Source: a virus (taxonomy: Duplodnaviria > Caudoviricetes). Taken from it: a stretch of DNA of 55,791 nt. The stretch is from IMG/VR virus record IMGVR_UViG_3300031841_002239, positions 1 through 55,791 of that record. The stretch is one strand, 5' to 3'. The notes below the pieces were generated by a model. It ran no database searches. It worked only from the letters and a program-made list of their open reading frames with translations, and was not told the DNA's origin. Position 1 is the first letter of the stretch, and each line of letters opens with the position of its first letter. The translations under genes were made by a program, and so were the position numbers. Shown here in pieces: positions 18,726 to 28,312 of this stretch.

Positions 18726-18890
18726 TTAAGGATAGAAAGGATTATCTGTTATATAATCAGGTAACTCAGATTTTCTTTTAGAGTTAGTGACCATACGAGG
18801 AAAGAATTTTTCCTGCAAATCAGATTTTCTTTTTTCTCTTCTAAGGGCTAATTTGACTGCACGTTTAATTTGTGCGTTTTGATTAGTCAT
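18726..18890 (-). CDS. 54-aa basic peptide downstream of the tandem glutamine riboswitch
   Basis: Not in track. MTNQNAQIKRAVKLALRREKRKSDLQEKFFPRMVTNSKRKSELPDYITDNPFYP; AAGGAG RBS 5 nt upstream; terminator immediately downstream. Confidence 0.8.
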   Translation of the reverse strand: MTNQNAQIKRAVKLALRREKRKSDLQEKFFPRMVTNSKRKSELPDYITDNPFYP

Positions 18891-18912
18891 GTCATCTCCT
18901 TTTACAAAGATG

Positions 18913-18973
18913 CGTTCCTTCGGTCTAATTACCTACTTCCGTCGTCGCTCTACATTTAGAGTGGCGATGAACG
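18913..18973 (-). ncRNA. Glutamine riboswitch aptamer (glnA motif), downstream copy
   Basis: CGUUCAUC-[stem-loop]-GACGGAAGUAGGU-aauu-AGACCGAAGGAACG: P1 CGUUC/GAACG with GGAAGUA and GAA E-loop elements. Confidence 0.85.
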
Positions 18974-18982
18974 AGTTCAGTA

Positions 18983-19040
18983 CGTTCCTTCGTCCCAATT
19001 GACTACTTCCGTTCACTGCTACATTTAGAGTGAATGAACG
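18983..19040 (-). ncRNA. Glutamine riboswitch aptamer (glnA motif), upstream copy
   Basis: CGUUCAUUCACU-[loop]-AGUGAACGGAAGUAGUC-aauugg-GACGAAGGAACG; same conserved core with compensatory changes in P2 and P3. Confidence 0.85.
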
Positions 19041-19063
19041 AGTGTAACTTGCGTTACATTAAA

Positions 19064-19069
19064 TATTTA
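19064..19069 (-). promoter_or_regulatory. Late-type promoter (GATAAATA) for the riboswitch unit
   Basis: TAAATA core, followed 5 nt later by a UGUAAC-GCAA-GUUACA hairpin (19043-19058). Confidence 0.65.
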
Positions 19070-19082
19070 TCTTTACTCAAAA

Positions 19083-19108
19083 AAAGGGCGGTTAAAAAAC
19101 CGCCCTTT
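19083..19108 (-). terminator. Intrinsic terminator of the structural gene run
   Basis: AAAGGGCGGTT-AAAA-AACCGCCCTTT with a T7 tract on the minus strand. Confidence 0.85.
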
Positions 19109-19135
19109 AAAGTTACTCCCTACCCTAGGATATTA

Positions 19136-22100
19136 TTATACCCAGTTGTAGTGAACTGAGGCCACTGCCGCACCACTTGTTGGTGCAACTGCGTTATCAC
19201 TTGCATCAAAGAATGCTAACGTTACCGCCGCATTTTTTGTTAAAGTAATGTCGCCATCTAGTTCTATAATATAGTTACCTACTGTAGCCGCATCTGCGTC
19301 TGCTTTAGCAACAAGTGTACTACCTGAACCACCGTTCTCTTTAATAGTAATGTAATTAACACTATTACCTGCAAAGGCTGTACTTACTTTTAATACTATT
19401 TTCTCAGCATAATAAGTTCTGCTGGAAACGTTAGGTACCGTACCAATAGAAGCCGTTGTGGCTCCACTTGTTACAGCCGCTCTTAATAAAAGTCCGTCAC
19501 CGCCGTTGTTAGCAACATAGTCAACAACTGCCGCTGAAGTTGGAAGAGTAGTATCGTTATCGTTATTACTAATTCCATCTGCTTCATCAACAAATTTTGT
19601 TACAGTAATGCTTTCGCCACTGTCTGTTAATGAACCAAAACTTACAGCACCACTAATAGTAGCACTTGTACCGATGAGTCCAGCCGCTTCAAAATCAGTT
19701 GCCGCTAGTGTTAAATCACCAGCAGTTGATCCGTCTGCAGTTGTAGTCGCCGCTACAAATCTATCTGTACTTTGATCCCATCCTAAGAAACCGTTGTTTC
19801 CATCGGAGCCTCTTTCATAAATGTGACCAATGTCATTAGGGTTAGCACCAGTTAATCCACTTTGTAGTGTAATTAAGGTGTCAGTTATTGTTGTGTTAGT
19901 TGAATTAACACTAGTTTGTGTACCACTTACAGTTAAGTTACCACCAACTGTTACATCACCTGATGTAGCAATAGTTGTAACACCTGAAATAGCACCACTG
20001 TTAATACTTGCTACGCCATCAGTTAATGTACCTGCTGATACTTGTCCTGAGAAAGTACCTGCTGTCATATTAGTTAGTGTTGCATCAAGGTTTACAGTTA
20101 ATGTATTATCAGCACCTGCTGTAGTAATATTAGTACCACCTGCGATGTCTAAAGTTTCGCTGTCTAAGTCTATGCTTAATGCTCCACCTGAGTCACCTTG
20201 GAAGTCTAAATCAGCCGCTGTTGCAACTGAATCTACGTATGCTTTAACTGATTGTTGTGTAGGAACAAGAGTAGCACTATCACTAGCCATGTTATCTTCA
20301 TCAACAAATCCAGCAATAGTAATACTACCATCACTTAATGATCCATACTGTACAGTACCACTTGCTGTAACATTTACAGCACCTGTTACGTTACCTGCTG
20401 TTACAGTTAATGCACCATCTGTTAAAGTTGTTGCACTAACACTTGTTAATCCAGATACTGAACTTGCTAGTCCAACAGTAATAGTATTGTTACTAACTGT
20501 TGTTGTAGTTTCGTTTGATGTACCTGCAAAGTTAATTGTGTCAGTTCCTACTCTTACAACGTCATCTGAACCACTGTCAGCACCGATTGTTAAATCTGAG
20601 CTAATAGCCGCTGTTCCGGCCGCTGTTAAACGTCCTTGATCGTCAACTGTAAAAGTTGGAATTGCTGTTGCACTACCATATGAACCTGCTGTAACGGCAG
20701 TATCGTCAAGAGTTACAGTTAAAGTATCAGTAGCCGTAGCCGCTGTTGTTATACCTGTTCCACCTGCGATGTCAACTGTGTCTCCACCGTCAACTGTTTG
20801 CGTACCACTGTCACCTGTTAATGTCCAAGATGTTGAAATACTTGCAGTTGAAGCCGCTGTAATTCTACCTTGTGCATCTACAGTAATAACTGGAATAGCA
20901 GTTGAACTACCATAGTTACCAGCCGATACTGCTGTATTGTCTAGGCTCACAGTTAAAGTTTGTCCTGAACCGACTGTTGAAAGTCCTGTTCCACCAGCAA
21001 TGTCTAGCACTTGTGAATCAAGGTCTACACTCAATGCACCACCTGAATCTCCTTGGAAATCTAGGTCTTGTGCGGTAATTTGTGTATCAACGTATGCTTT
21101 AACTGATTGCTGTGTAGGTACTTTAGTTGCAGAGTCTGAAGCCATATTGTCTTCATCTACAAATGTAATACCTGAGATTGTACCATCACTAAATGATGTA
21201 CCTTCTACAGCACCAAATTTTACAGCACCTGCTGAACCTGACATAACTGAACCTGAGTCAGTTGCATCTGGAATAAATGTAAATACACCAGTACTATCGT
21301 CGAATCCAAAGAATCCTAATTTAGCACCACTGCTGTTATATTTAAAGTTTATACCTCTATCTAAGTTATCATCACTTGCATCATCACCAACTGTAAAAAT
21401 TGGATCTGAAACTTCTACTGTTGTAGAGTTTGTTATAGTTCTTGTTCCAGTAACTGTTAAGTTACCATTAATTGTAACAGTATCTGCTGTTATGTCGTCT
21501 GATAAGAAACTACCTGTAACACTTAGGTTATTACCTACTGTTACATCGTTAGGTAAACCTATTTGAATTTGGTTATTACTAACTGTTGTTTCTATTTCGT
21601 TACTTGTTCCAACAAAGTTCAAAGTGTCAGTTCCAACTGTAACAGTATCATCAGAACCACTATCGGCTCCAATTGTTAATACACTTGAGGTAGCCGCAGT
21701 ACTTACTGCTGTGACTCTACCTTTTGCGTCAACTGTTATTACTGGAATTGCAGAACTTGATCCGTATGAACCGGCACTAACTCCACTGTCTGCTAAGGTT
21801 GTTGCGATAGTGGCAGTATTACCTGCACCTGTAAATGTCGCACTTCCTGTTGCATCACCTGACAAAGCAACTGTTACTGCTGAAGTAAATTCTGTTGCTT
21901 GACTGGCTGTACCAGTTAAGTTACCAACAAACCCTGTACTAGCAGTAATTGTGGTACCTGTAATAGCCGCCGCCGAGTTGGCTCCGATTATTGTACCATC
22001 AATAGCACCGCCATCAATGTTTACTGAGTTTGCCGCCTGAACGGATAAGTTTCCAAGTCCCAAGTTGGTTCTTGCATCACTGGCTCCAGTTGCACCTGTA

Positions 22101-22423
22101 CCACCATTTGCTACTGGTAAAGCACCAGTTACATCTGCAGTAAGATCAATTGATCCAGCGGACATAGTACCGCTTGAAACTTTTATAACACCAGAACTAC
22201 TACTGAAATTTTGTCCTGTACCACCGTACTGTGTTCCGATTGCCGTGCCATTCCAAGCACCCGCCGTAACTGTTCCTAATCTAATATCTTCTAGAGTAGT
22301 ACCGTTACTTTGCGTTAGGTCAAATCTTCCGTTACCAGCATCGTATATTAAACGACCCCCGGATTTTCCCATTTGCACATCGGCCGCAATACCTTTGATA
22401 CCAAAGTTTTTTATGTCAGCCAT
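19136..22423 (-). CDS. Large repetitive virion fibre/structural protein, 1095 aa
   Basis: Gly/Ser/Thr/Ala-rich; three V-x-AG-x-YGS-x-x-AIP-x-x-TVD-x-x-GR repeats and two FVDEDNMASDSAT-x-VPTQQSVKAYVD / DLDFQGDSGGALS repeats. Confidence 0.8.
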   Translation of the reverse strand: MADIKNFGIKGIAADVQMGKSGGRLIYDAGNGRFDLTQSNGTTLEDIRLGTVTAGAWNGTAIGTQYGGTGQNFSSSSGVIKVSSGTMSAGSIDLTADVTGALPVANGGTGATGASDARTNLGLGNLSVQAANSVNIDGGAIDGTIIGANSAAAITGTTITASTGFVGNLTGTASQATEFTSAVTVALSGDATGSATFTGAGNTATIATTLADSGVSAGSYGSSSAIPVITVDAKGRVTAVSTAATSSVLTIGADSGSDDTVTVGTDTLNFVGTSNEIETTVSNNQIQIGLPNDVTVGNNLSVTGSFLSDDITADTVTINGNLTVTGTRTITNSTTVEVSDPIFTVGDDASDDNLDRGINFKYNSSGAKLGFFGFDDSTGVFTFIPDATDSGSVMSGSAGAVKFGAVEGTSFSDGTISGITFVDEDNMASDSATKVPTQQSVKAYVDTQITAQDLDFQGDSGGALSVDLDSQVLDIAGGTGLSTVGSGQTLTVSLDNTAVSAGNYGSSTAIPVITVDAQGRITAASTASISTSWTLTGDSGTQTVDGGDTVDIAGGTGITTAATATDTLTVTLDDTAVTAGSYGSATAIPTFTVDDQGRLTAAGTAAISSDLTIGADSGSDDVVRVGTDTINFAGTSNETTTTVSNNTITVGLASSVSGLTSVSATTLTDGALTVTAGNVTGAVNVTASGTVQYGSLSDGSITIAGFVDEDNMASDSATLVPTQQSVKAYVDSVATAADLDFQGDSGGALSIDLDSETLDIAGGTNITTAGADNTLTVNLDATLTNMTAGTFSGQVSAGTLTDGVASINSGAISGVTTIATSGDVTVGGNLTVSGTQTSVNSTNTTITDTLITLQSGLTGANPNDIGHIYERGSDGNNGFLGWDQSTDRFVAATTTADGSTAGDLTLAATDFEAAGLIGTSATISGAVSFGSLTDSGESITVTKFVDEADGISNNDNDTTLPTSAAVVDYVANNGGDGLLLRAAVTSGATTASIGTVPNVSSRTYYAEKIVLKVSTAFAGNSVNYITIKENGGSGSTLVAKADADAATVGNYIIELDGDITLTKNAAVTLAFFDASDNAVAPTSGAAVASVHYNWV

Positions 22424-22494
22424 TTTGTATCTCCTAATACTTATGTGTTCTAATTCGTTATCGATAACGTTTCGCTTTCGCTGAACGTTACTAG

Positions 22495-22500
22495 TATTTA
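22495..22500 (-). promoter_or_regulatory. Late-type promoter (GATAAATA)
   Basis: Upstream of the 1095-aa structural gene, followed by a hairpin leader and AGGAG RBS. Confidence 0.65.
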
Positions 22501-22519
22501 TCGTTTTAAGGGTTTTTTA

Positions 22520-24529
22520 TTATACGTAGGTTAGTTTTACTGTTACATTTCCAGCACTGGCATTGTAATGATTACAACGTGCTCTTACAGTAATGTCTTG
22601 CGTTTCAGATGCAGGGTACACATACTCTGGATTACAAAGATAAGACCCTAATCCAGTTAAGTCATTGCTAGGGCTATCACAAAATACATCTGGGTCTGCT
22701 ATAGTTCCAACTTCAATATTTGGAGAACCACCTGAGTGTCCTGTAAAGGCTGTATGAACTTCAACACTGACACTTTGTATTTTTCTGCCTGGAGATATAT
22801 TACCCATATTGGTTGTTGTGCTTGTTCCAAAGCCGCCAACTGGCATTTCAAAGTTTACTGTTAAAGTTTTAGCATCTACTGTAGCACTATCCTGATTACT
22901 AACCTCTACCCAAGCACTTCCTGTATAAAGGTATAGACCCCATTCGCCGTCACCTTTGTTAGTAACGTATGCTTGGTCACCTGCTTGTGAGCTTAAACTG
23001 TCTCTTGCACTTATGTCAGCAACAAGTGTTGTTCCACCCGTTCTAATACCTTGTTCAATGTTCATTGCTAGTGGATACATTCCTGTATGTCCACTTGCTA
23101 TACCTGTACCTACCCTAAAATTTTCTGTTCCTTCATATATGTCAATAGGGCCGCCATCTGATCTTGTAAGTTTTAGTTTGCTTGTACCTGGACTAGCATT
23201 AGTTAAAGGATATCCTGTTAAACTACTACCACCTGCAAAGGGATTGCTATTTGTATCTGCATTTCCATTAGCAAATGTAATAGCATTACCATTTTCTTCC
23301 GTAAGTGTTAATACTGTTGCAGTTGAACTAATGGTTAAATTGGCTATATTTGCCGCAGTAATATCTGTAGCCATATCTTGTGGTGTTGATACACCTGCAT
23401 ATTGTGAACCGTTTGTAGTAAAGTTTACAAGAGTATTACCACTACCACTATCAATGTATGCACTAAATGGAGTATAACCACCTACCAATCCATATATAGC
23501 AGTACTTGAATCACTGTTAATAGCATTAGGTGTAGGTATTGTTGTGGCAACCACATTAGTGTTTGCAACATTGTTTATTTGGCTTACTATTTGTGAAAGT
23601 GTTGCATTAGCATTATTAGTACCACTAAAGGTTACTGTTTTTGTATTTAATAAAATGCTATGAGTATCTGGTACAGAAGGATCATTTACTGTTCCTGTTA
23701 ATACTGTGGGGATAGAATCTTGTACTTTTAAAAATGCTATCTTACCAGTATCACTAGTTGTAAATTCTCCTGCACTACTAACATAAATGTAATCACCTTG
23801 ATTACCAGGTATGCTAGGTTCAAAATCTATAATTTGGTTGTTAGGCATAATCATGAACTGGTTAGGTCCCGGTCCTGCCTGAGTTACAACACCTATCATT
23901 TTAGCCATTGTGGATGTGTTTGCTTTACTAAACCCTGAACTACTTACAGCAACTATATCACCCTTATCTAATCCATGAGCTGTTTGCTCTAATACATAGT
24001 TTTGTTGTGGGTTTAAGTATTCAAATCTACTTGCTATTGTGGGATAATAACTTGAACTAACGGTTGTTGGTAAAGGATCCAACATTGGGATACCTTTTTC
24101 ATTTAAACTAAAGACAACACCTGCTCCATTACTAGGTGCTCCATTACCATTACTTGCTCTAAATGTGTTATACCTTAACCAGTCTTCAACAATACAGGTT
24201 ACTGAATTTGCTGTTTTAGATGATACTGAAATAATTTTCCAGCAGTCACCACTTGTTGCTTCAGATAACCAATCCCCCACAACAATGTCTAAACCGTTAT
24301 ATTTAAAATCGTCTCTTGTTAAGTGGGAGCCATGTTGTTGTTCAGTAACACTAAATGTTACTTCCCATTGATAATATTTCTTTGTGCCTGAACCTGAATA
24401 CCATAAATCACCACTACCATTTTGGTGTGGCCAGTATGCATATCCATTTACAGATGATATACTAGTTGCTAATACCTTATTAGGTACGTTAAGTTCTATC
24501 TGTGTGGATTTGTAGTTACTAATTGCCAT
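22520..24529 (-). CDS. Virion structural protein, 669 aa
   Basis: Ser/Thr/Asn/Gly-rich beta protein between fibre genes; GDQAYV...YLYTGSAWVE motif typical of phage fibres. Confidence 0.7.
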   Translation of the reverse strand: MAISNYKSTQIELNVPNKVLATSISSVNGYAYWPHQNGSGDLWYSGSGTKKYYQWEVTFSVTEQQHGSHLTRDDFKYNGLDIVVGDWLSEATSGDCWKIISVSSKTANSVTCIVEDWLRYNTFRASNGNGAPSNGAGVVFSLNEKGIPMLDPLPTTVSSSYYPTIASRFEYLNPQQNYVLEQTAHGLDKGDIVAVSSSGFSKANTSTMAKMIGVVTQAGPGPNQFMIMPNNQIIDFEPSIPGNQGDYIYVSSAGEFTTSDTGKIAFLKVQDSIPTVLTGTVNDPSVPDTHSILLNTKTVTFSGTNNANATLSQIVSQINNVANTNVVATTIPTPNAINSDSSTAIYGLVGGYTPFSAYIDSGSGNTLVNFTTNGSQYAGVSTPQDMATDITAANIANLTISSTATVLTLTEENGNAITFANGNADTNSNPFAGGSSLTGYPLTNASPGTSKLKLTRSDGGPIDIYEGTENFRVGTGIASGHTGMYPLAMNIEQGIRTGGTTLVADISARDSLSSQAGDQAYVTNKGDGEWGLYLYTGSAWVEVSNQDSATVDAKTLTVNFEMPVGGFGTSTTTNMGNISPGRKIQSVSVEVHTAFTGHSGGSPNIEVGTIADPDVFCDSPSNDLTGLGSYLCNPEYVYPASETQDITVRARCNHYNASAGNVTVKLTYV

Positions 24530-24539
24530 AACTTAATCC

Positions 24540-27500
24540 TTAATCGTACACTACAAATTCTACCCAGGCATGAGTAACAGTTCCAAAACTCCTACTTGCA
24601 CCAGTTTCTGTTTCTCTTAGTCTCAGTTTAAGTGCAATACTTGATGATCCATTAAACAATGTAGGTGAGCCTGAGCTTCCGCCACCTGCTATTTCTCTAA
24701 GTGCCATAGTTGTTTCTAAAGGAACAACTGAATATTTGTTGTTAGTATAATCGTAACCATATATTATTACTGATGCTGGTGGATAATTTATTGAGCTGTC
24801 AAAGTTTACTGTAACGTCTCCTCCACTAGCACTATCAATACTAACACTATCAATTAAACTTGTAGAGTCTGTTATGCTACCTAAATTACCACTTGAAAGG
24901 TAATTAAGTTTAAATCTTTGTACTGTGGCTCCACCGCCACCGCCACCGGAGTTTAAATCTGCCGCTGGTGCCCATGCACTACCATTCCATTTAAGGACTT
25001 GGCCACTGCTTGGACTTGATGCCGAAACATCTGTTAGACCATCTAATGTACTGGCGCCACCTGATTGTGCAACCCAGTCATAATCTGAACCGTTCCAACT
25101 TAATACTTCGTTAGTACTTGCTGAACTGGTATTTAAATGTGTATCTACTGCGGCATCGTTATATGAGCCTGATACACTTCCTAATAAACTTGTTAAGTCA
25201 ACATTACCACTTTGTCCTGTTAAACTAATTACGTTGCCACTTAGTGTTAAATCTTGGCTATCTGTTTCTGCTTTTAAGTATGGTGATAACATAGTAGTTA
25301 AATCTACTGTGTCGTTGTTACCACTAATTGTAATTACATTACCACTTACACTTAGAGTTTGGTCTACGGCTCCATCGGCTCCATCGGCTCCATCATTACC
25401 TGCTGGACCTTGTGGACCAGTTGCTCCTGTAGGACCTGTAGGACCTGTGGCACCTACGGCTCCTTGTACATTTCCACTAACTGTAATAGTAGAGGCATCG
25501 TTCATTGTTAGTGTTATTGTACCACTGCTTACTGCGGCACTACTAATTGTTTGGCCGTCAGCACCTGCTGGACCTGTAGCACCTGTTGAACCTGTTGCAC
25601 CAGTATCACCTTGTGGGCCTTGTACACTTCCAACATTTTGTGTTGATGTATTACTATATGTTAATAATAAATTCCCACCACTTACTGTTGCGGCTGTTAC
25701 GCCATTACCTGTTGCACCTGTGGGTCCTGTTGCACCTGTGGGTCCAGTTGGACCTGTTGCTCCAACACCACTAAAGTCTATTGTGGTGCCGTCATATGTA
25801 AAGTTACTACCACTTAATGTTGGTGTAGGTCTTGATTGTACATCACTAAAGTTTCCAGTGAATGCAACCGTACTTAATTCTGTATTGCTGTTTGCTAATG
25901 CATTGGCTACTTCTGCCAAACTGTCTAAGTTTACATTGGCTCCGCCTATTAATGTGTTGACTTCTGCATCAACATAAGCCTGCATATTTGTATTTGCTGT
26001 TGTAATATCACTTGTGGTTGGTATTTTATTCCATGAACCACCGTGTGCAAAGTACATGGCTCCGTCTGAATGTGAGTGTGCAATAGCACCATGGTATGTT
26101 GTAGCATTAGGGAAGTCTGTTTGATTAGCATAGTAGAATCTTGTCTTACCTAAATCTACAGTACTTGAGCTTCCGCTAATTGTTAATATATTTGCACTTA
26201 AACTTAAAGTTTGTTCTAATGCTGATAAGTCAACACTATTACCGCTACTCACTGATAATGTTGATGTTCCTGCATTCCAACTTAGTGTTTGTGCATCATT
26301 GTCTGTTACCCAAGCATAATCACTTCCGTTCCAACTTAGTACCTGACTAGCACTTGCGCCACTTACGTTTAAATGACTATCTACTGAATCATTATTAAAT
26401 GTTCCTGCAACTGCACCTAGAGCCGATGTTAAATCAACATTACCTGATTGGCCTGTAAGGCTTATTACGTTACCACTAATAGTTAGGTCTTGTGAGTCAG
26501 TGCCTCCGCCGGCACTTGCTAATGCTGATGTAAGATCTACAGTACCACCATTAGTTAAACTGATTACGTTACCACTAATACTTAAATCTTGTGTATCAGT
26601 ATCAGTGTCTGTTGTTTTGTTTGTCCAGGCATAATCTGAACCGTTCCAGGTTAATACTTGACCTGAAAGTGCACCACTTCTATTTAAATGAGTGTCAACT
26701 GCCGCATCGTTATAACTTCCACCACTACTTACGTTTGCTGGTGTAAATGTAAATACACCTGCATTATTATATGTTAAACTTCCATTGCCACTTGGTGTTG
26801 CTGTGGTTACACTAAATGATGTTAATTGTACATTACTGCCGCCACCTGAGCCTGTTTGGTCACCTGCTTCAAATTTACTTGTACTACTATTCCAAATTAG
26901 TACTTGGCCGTTTGTTATACCACTTGCGTCTACATCATTAAAGTTTGCAATATCCATTGCGGCCGCGGCCGTTGATGGGTTTATACCAAATGTTATAGTA
27001 TCTGAATTAGCAAGTGTGGTAATTGTTGTGCCTGTACCTGCGGCTAAAGTTAAATCGTCTTCTAGTCTTTCTGCACTAACAGTTGTTTGTCCTGAAACAA
27101 TTATGTTAGCAAATCCTAAACTTGCATTGCCGCCACTTCCACCACTACCGCTTACTGCTACTGTATCTACTGAACTTATTCTACCATAAGTGTCTACTGT
27201 TATACGTGGAGCATGAGTAGTGTTACCATATACACCTGCTGTTACACCTGTTGCTACTAAATTAAGAACAGCATTTGCTTTGTTGCCGGTGCCACCAGTA
27301 ACAGTAATCTGTCCTGATGTTCCTGTAATACTATTAGTATAGTCTGCTGTTAGACTTGATGCCGAAGTAGTTGTAATCTCAACTGGAGTTACACCTGTTA
27401 TTTGTCCTTTACTGTTTACTGTAATAACTGGCGTATGAGTTGCGTTACCATGTGTTGCCGCCACATTGGCCGCATCAGTAACGTCAGCAATATATACACC

Positions 27501-27815
27501 TGAAGCATTACTAAGTAATCCTCCTCCTGACCCTGCTGTAACATTAAGTGTTAAGCCTGACTTATTAATACCATTACCTGCCGCATATACATCAAGTGTA
27601 CTAGGCTTCCAGGTATTATCTGCTTGGAATACTAAAGTTTGTCCTACACTAGGAGCATAAGCACCAGAAGTAACAACATCAGTTAAAGTATCAGTTGTGA
27701 TATCGTATTGTGAAATCTCTAAGTTACCAGATGGTCTTACTCGTAAGAATTTACCAGCCTGTAATGTTGTAATATCAACGTCGCTTAATGTTATAAATGT
27801 GTTTGCAAATGACAT
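24540..27815 (-). CDS. Tail/capsid fibre protein with collagen-like segment, 1091 aa
   Basis: G-X-Y repeats (GPTGPTGATG), GQVL-x-WNGS-x-W repeats, DSQDLT-x-SGNVISL repeats. Confidence 0.82.
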   Translation of the reverse strand: MSFANTFITLSDVDITTLQAGKFLRVRPSGNLEISQYDITTDTLTDVVTSGAYAPSVGQTLVFQADNTWKPSTLDVYAAGNGINKSGLTLNVTAGSGGGLLSNASGVYIADVTDAANVAATHGNATHTPVITVNSKGQITGVTPVEITTTSASSLTADYTNSITGTSGQITVTGGTGNKANAVLNLVATGVTAGVYGNTTHAPRITVDTYGRISSVDTVAVSGSGGSGGNASLGFANIIVSGQTTVSAERLEDDLTLAAGTGTTITTLANSDTITFGINPSTAAAAMDIANFNDVDASGITNGQVLIWNSSTSKFEAGDQTGSGGGSNVQLTSFSVTTATPSGNGSLTYNNAGVFTFTPANVSSGGSYNDAAVDTHLNRSGALSGQVLTWNGSDYAWTNKTTDTDTDTQDLSISGNVISLTNGGTVDLTSALASAGGGTDSQDLTISGNVISLTGQSGNVDLTSALGAVAGTFNNDSVDSHLNVSGASASQVLSWNGSDYAWVTDNDAQTLSWNAGTSTLSVSSGNSVDLSALEQTLSLSANILTISGSSSTVDLGKTRFYYANQTDFPNATTYHGAIAHSHSDGAMYFAHGGSWNKIPTTSDITTANTNMQAYVDAEVNTLIGGANVNLDSLAEVANALANSNTELSTVAFTGNFSDVQSRPTPTLSGSNFTYDGTTIDFSGVGATGPTGPTGATGPTGATGNGVTAATVSGGNLLLTYSNTSTQNVGSVQGPQGDTGATGSTGATGPAGADGQTISSAAVSSGTITLTMNDASTITVSGNVQGAVGATGPTGPTGATGPQGPAGNDGADGADGAVDQTLSVSGNVITISGNNDTVDLTTMLSPYLKAETDSQDLTLSGNVISLTGQSGNVDLTSLLGSVSGSYNDAAVDTHLNTSSASTNEVLSWNGSDYDWVAQSGGASTLDGLTDVSASSPSSGQVLKWNGSAWAPAADLNSGGGGGGATVQRFKLNYLSSGNLGSITDSTSLIDSVSIDSASGGDVTVNFDSSINYPPASVIIYGYDYTNNKYSVVPLETTMALREIAGGGSSGSPTLFNGSSSIALKLRLRETETGASRSFGTVTHAWVEFVVYD
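25370..25765 (-). repeat. Collagen-like Gly-X-Y coding repeats (approximate bounds)
   Basis: 9-bp periodic units such as GGCTCCATC x3 and GGACCTGT/GCACCTGT arrays in three blocks. Confidence 0.75.
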
Positions 27816-27848
27816 TCAATTTTATCCTAATAGTGTATTATATTACAC

Positions 27849-27854
27849 TATTTA
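27849..27854 (-). promoter_or_regulatory. Late-type promoter (GATAAATA)
   Basis: 33 nt upstream of the fibre gene ATG. Confidence 0.6.
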
Positions 27855-27859
27855 TCACT

Positions 27860-28276
27860 TTATGCTGATAAAATTACTTTGCTTATAGATCCGTATGAAG
27901 GGTCATAGGTAGTGCCGTCTCCGACATGGGCTCTGTCCATTCTTACACGTAGATATGTAAAGTTTCCTCTAAACGTATATGCTTCTGAACCATTGCCTGG
28001 ATTATTACTGTTAAACTGAACGTAACTAAGGCCTGCTGAAAACTCAGTACCATTAGTAACTTCTGGTTTGATAGGAAACCAATCTGAATCTGTAGGTGTA
28101 GTGGCTAAACTAGCCTCTACATGTAATCTGCCTATATATTGGTTATAAACTACTTGAATTGTGTGCCAGCCATCAGAATATCCGTAAAAAGAATCTCCTT
28201 TTACGGAATTGCTTGTTTCATTCATAGTGGTTCCTGTGGAACCAATAATATTAATACTTCTTCTGTTAGTGGGCAT
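27860..28276 (-). CDS. Hypothetical, probably structural protein
   Basis: 138 aa; GATAAATA element (core 28303-28308) upstream; F-x-GNFTYLRV motif. Confidence 0.65.
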   Translation of the reverse strand: MPTNRRSINIIGSTGTTMNETSNSVKGDSFYGYSDGWHTIQVVYNQYIGRLHVEASLATTPTDSDWFPIKPEVTNGTEFSAGLSYVQFNSNNPGNGSEAYTFRGNFTYLRVRMDRAHVGDGTTYDPSYGSISKVILSA

Positions 28277-28312
28277 TAAAAAAATCCTCTAAATAATAAT
28301 ACTATTTATCAC

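Noticed and set aside
18913-19040. Two ~60-nt direct repeats as a mini-CRISPR array
   Set aside because: Only two units, a 9-nt linker rather than a spacer, and internal variation that preserves stems; fits tandem riboswitch aptamers
19830-27888. Long plus-strand ORFs (e.g. 19830-20639, 20937-21566, 22956-23477, 25234-25977)
   Set aside because: Antisense shadows of Gly/Thr/Ala/Ser-rich structural genes whose codon bias suppresses stops on the opposite strand; no RBS or recognisable motifs
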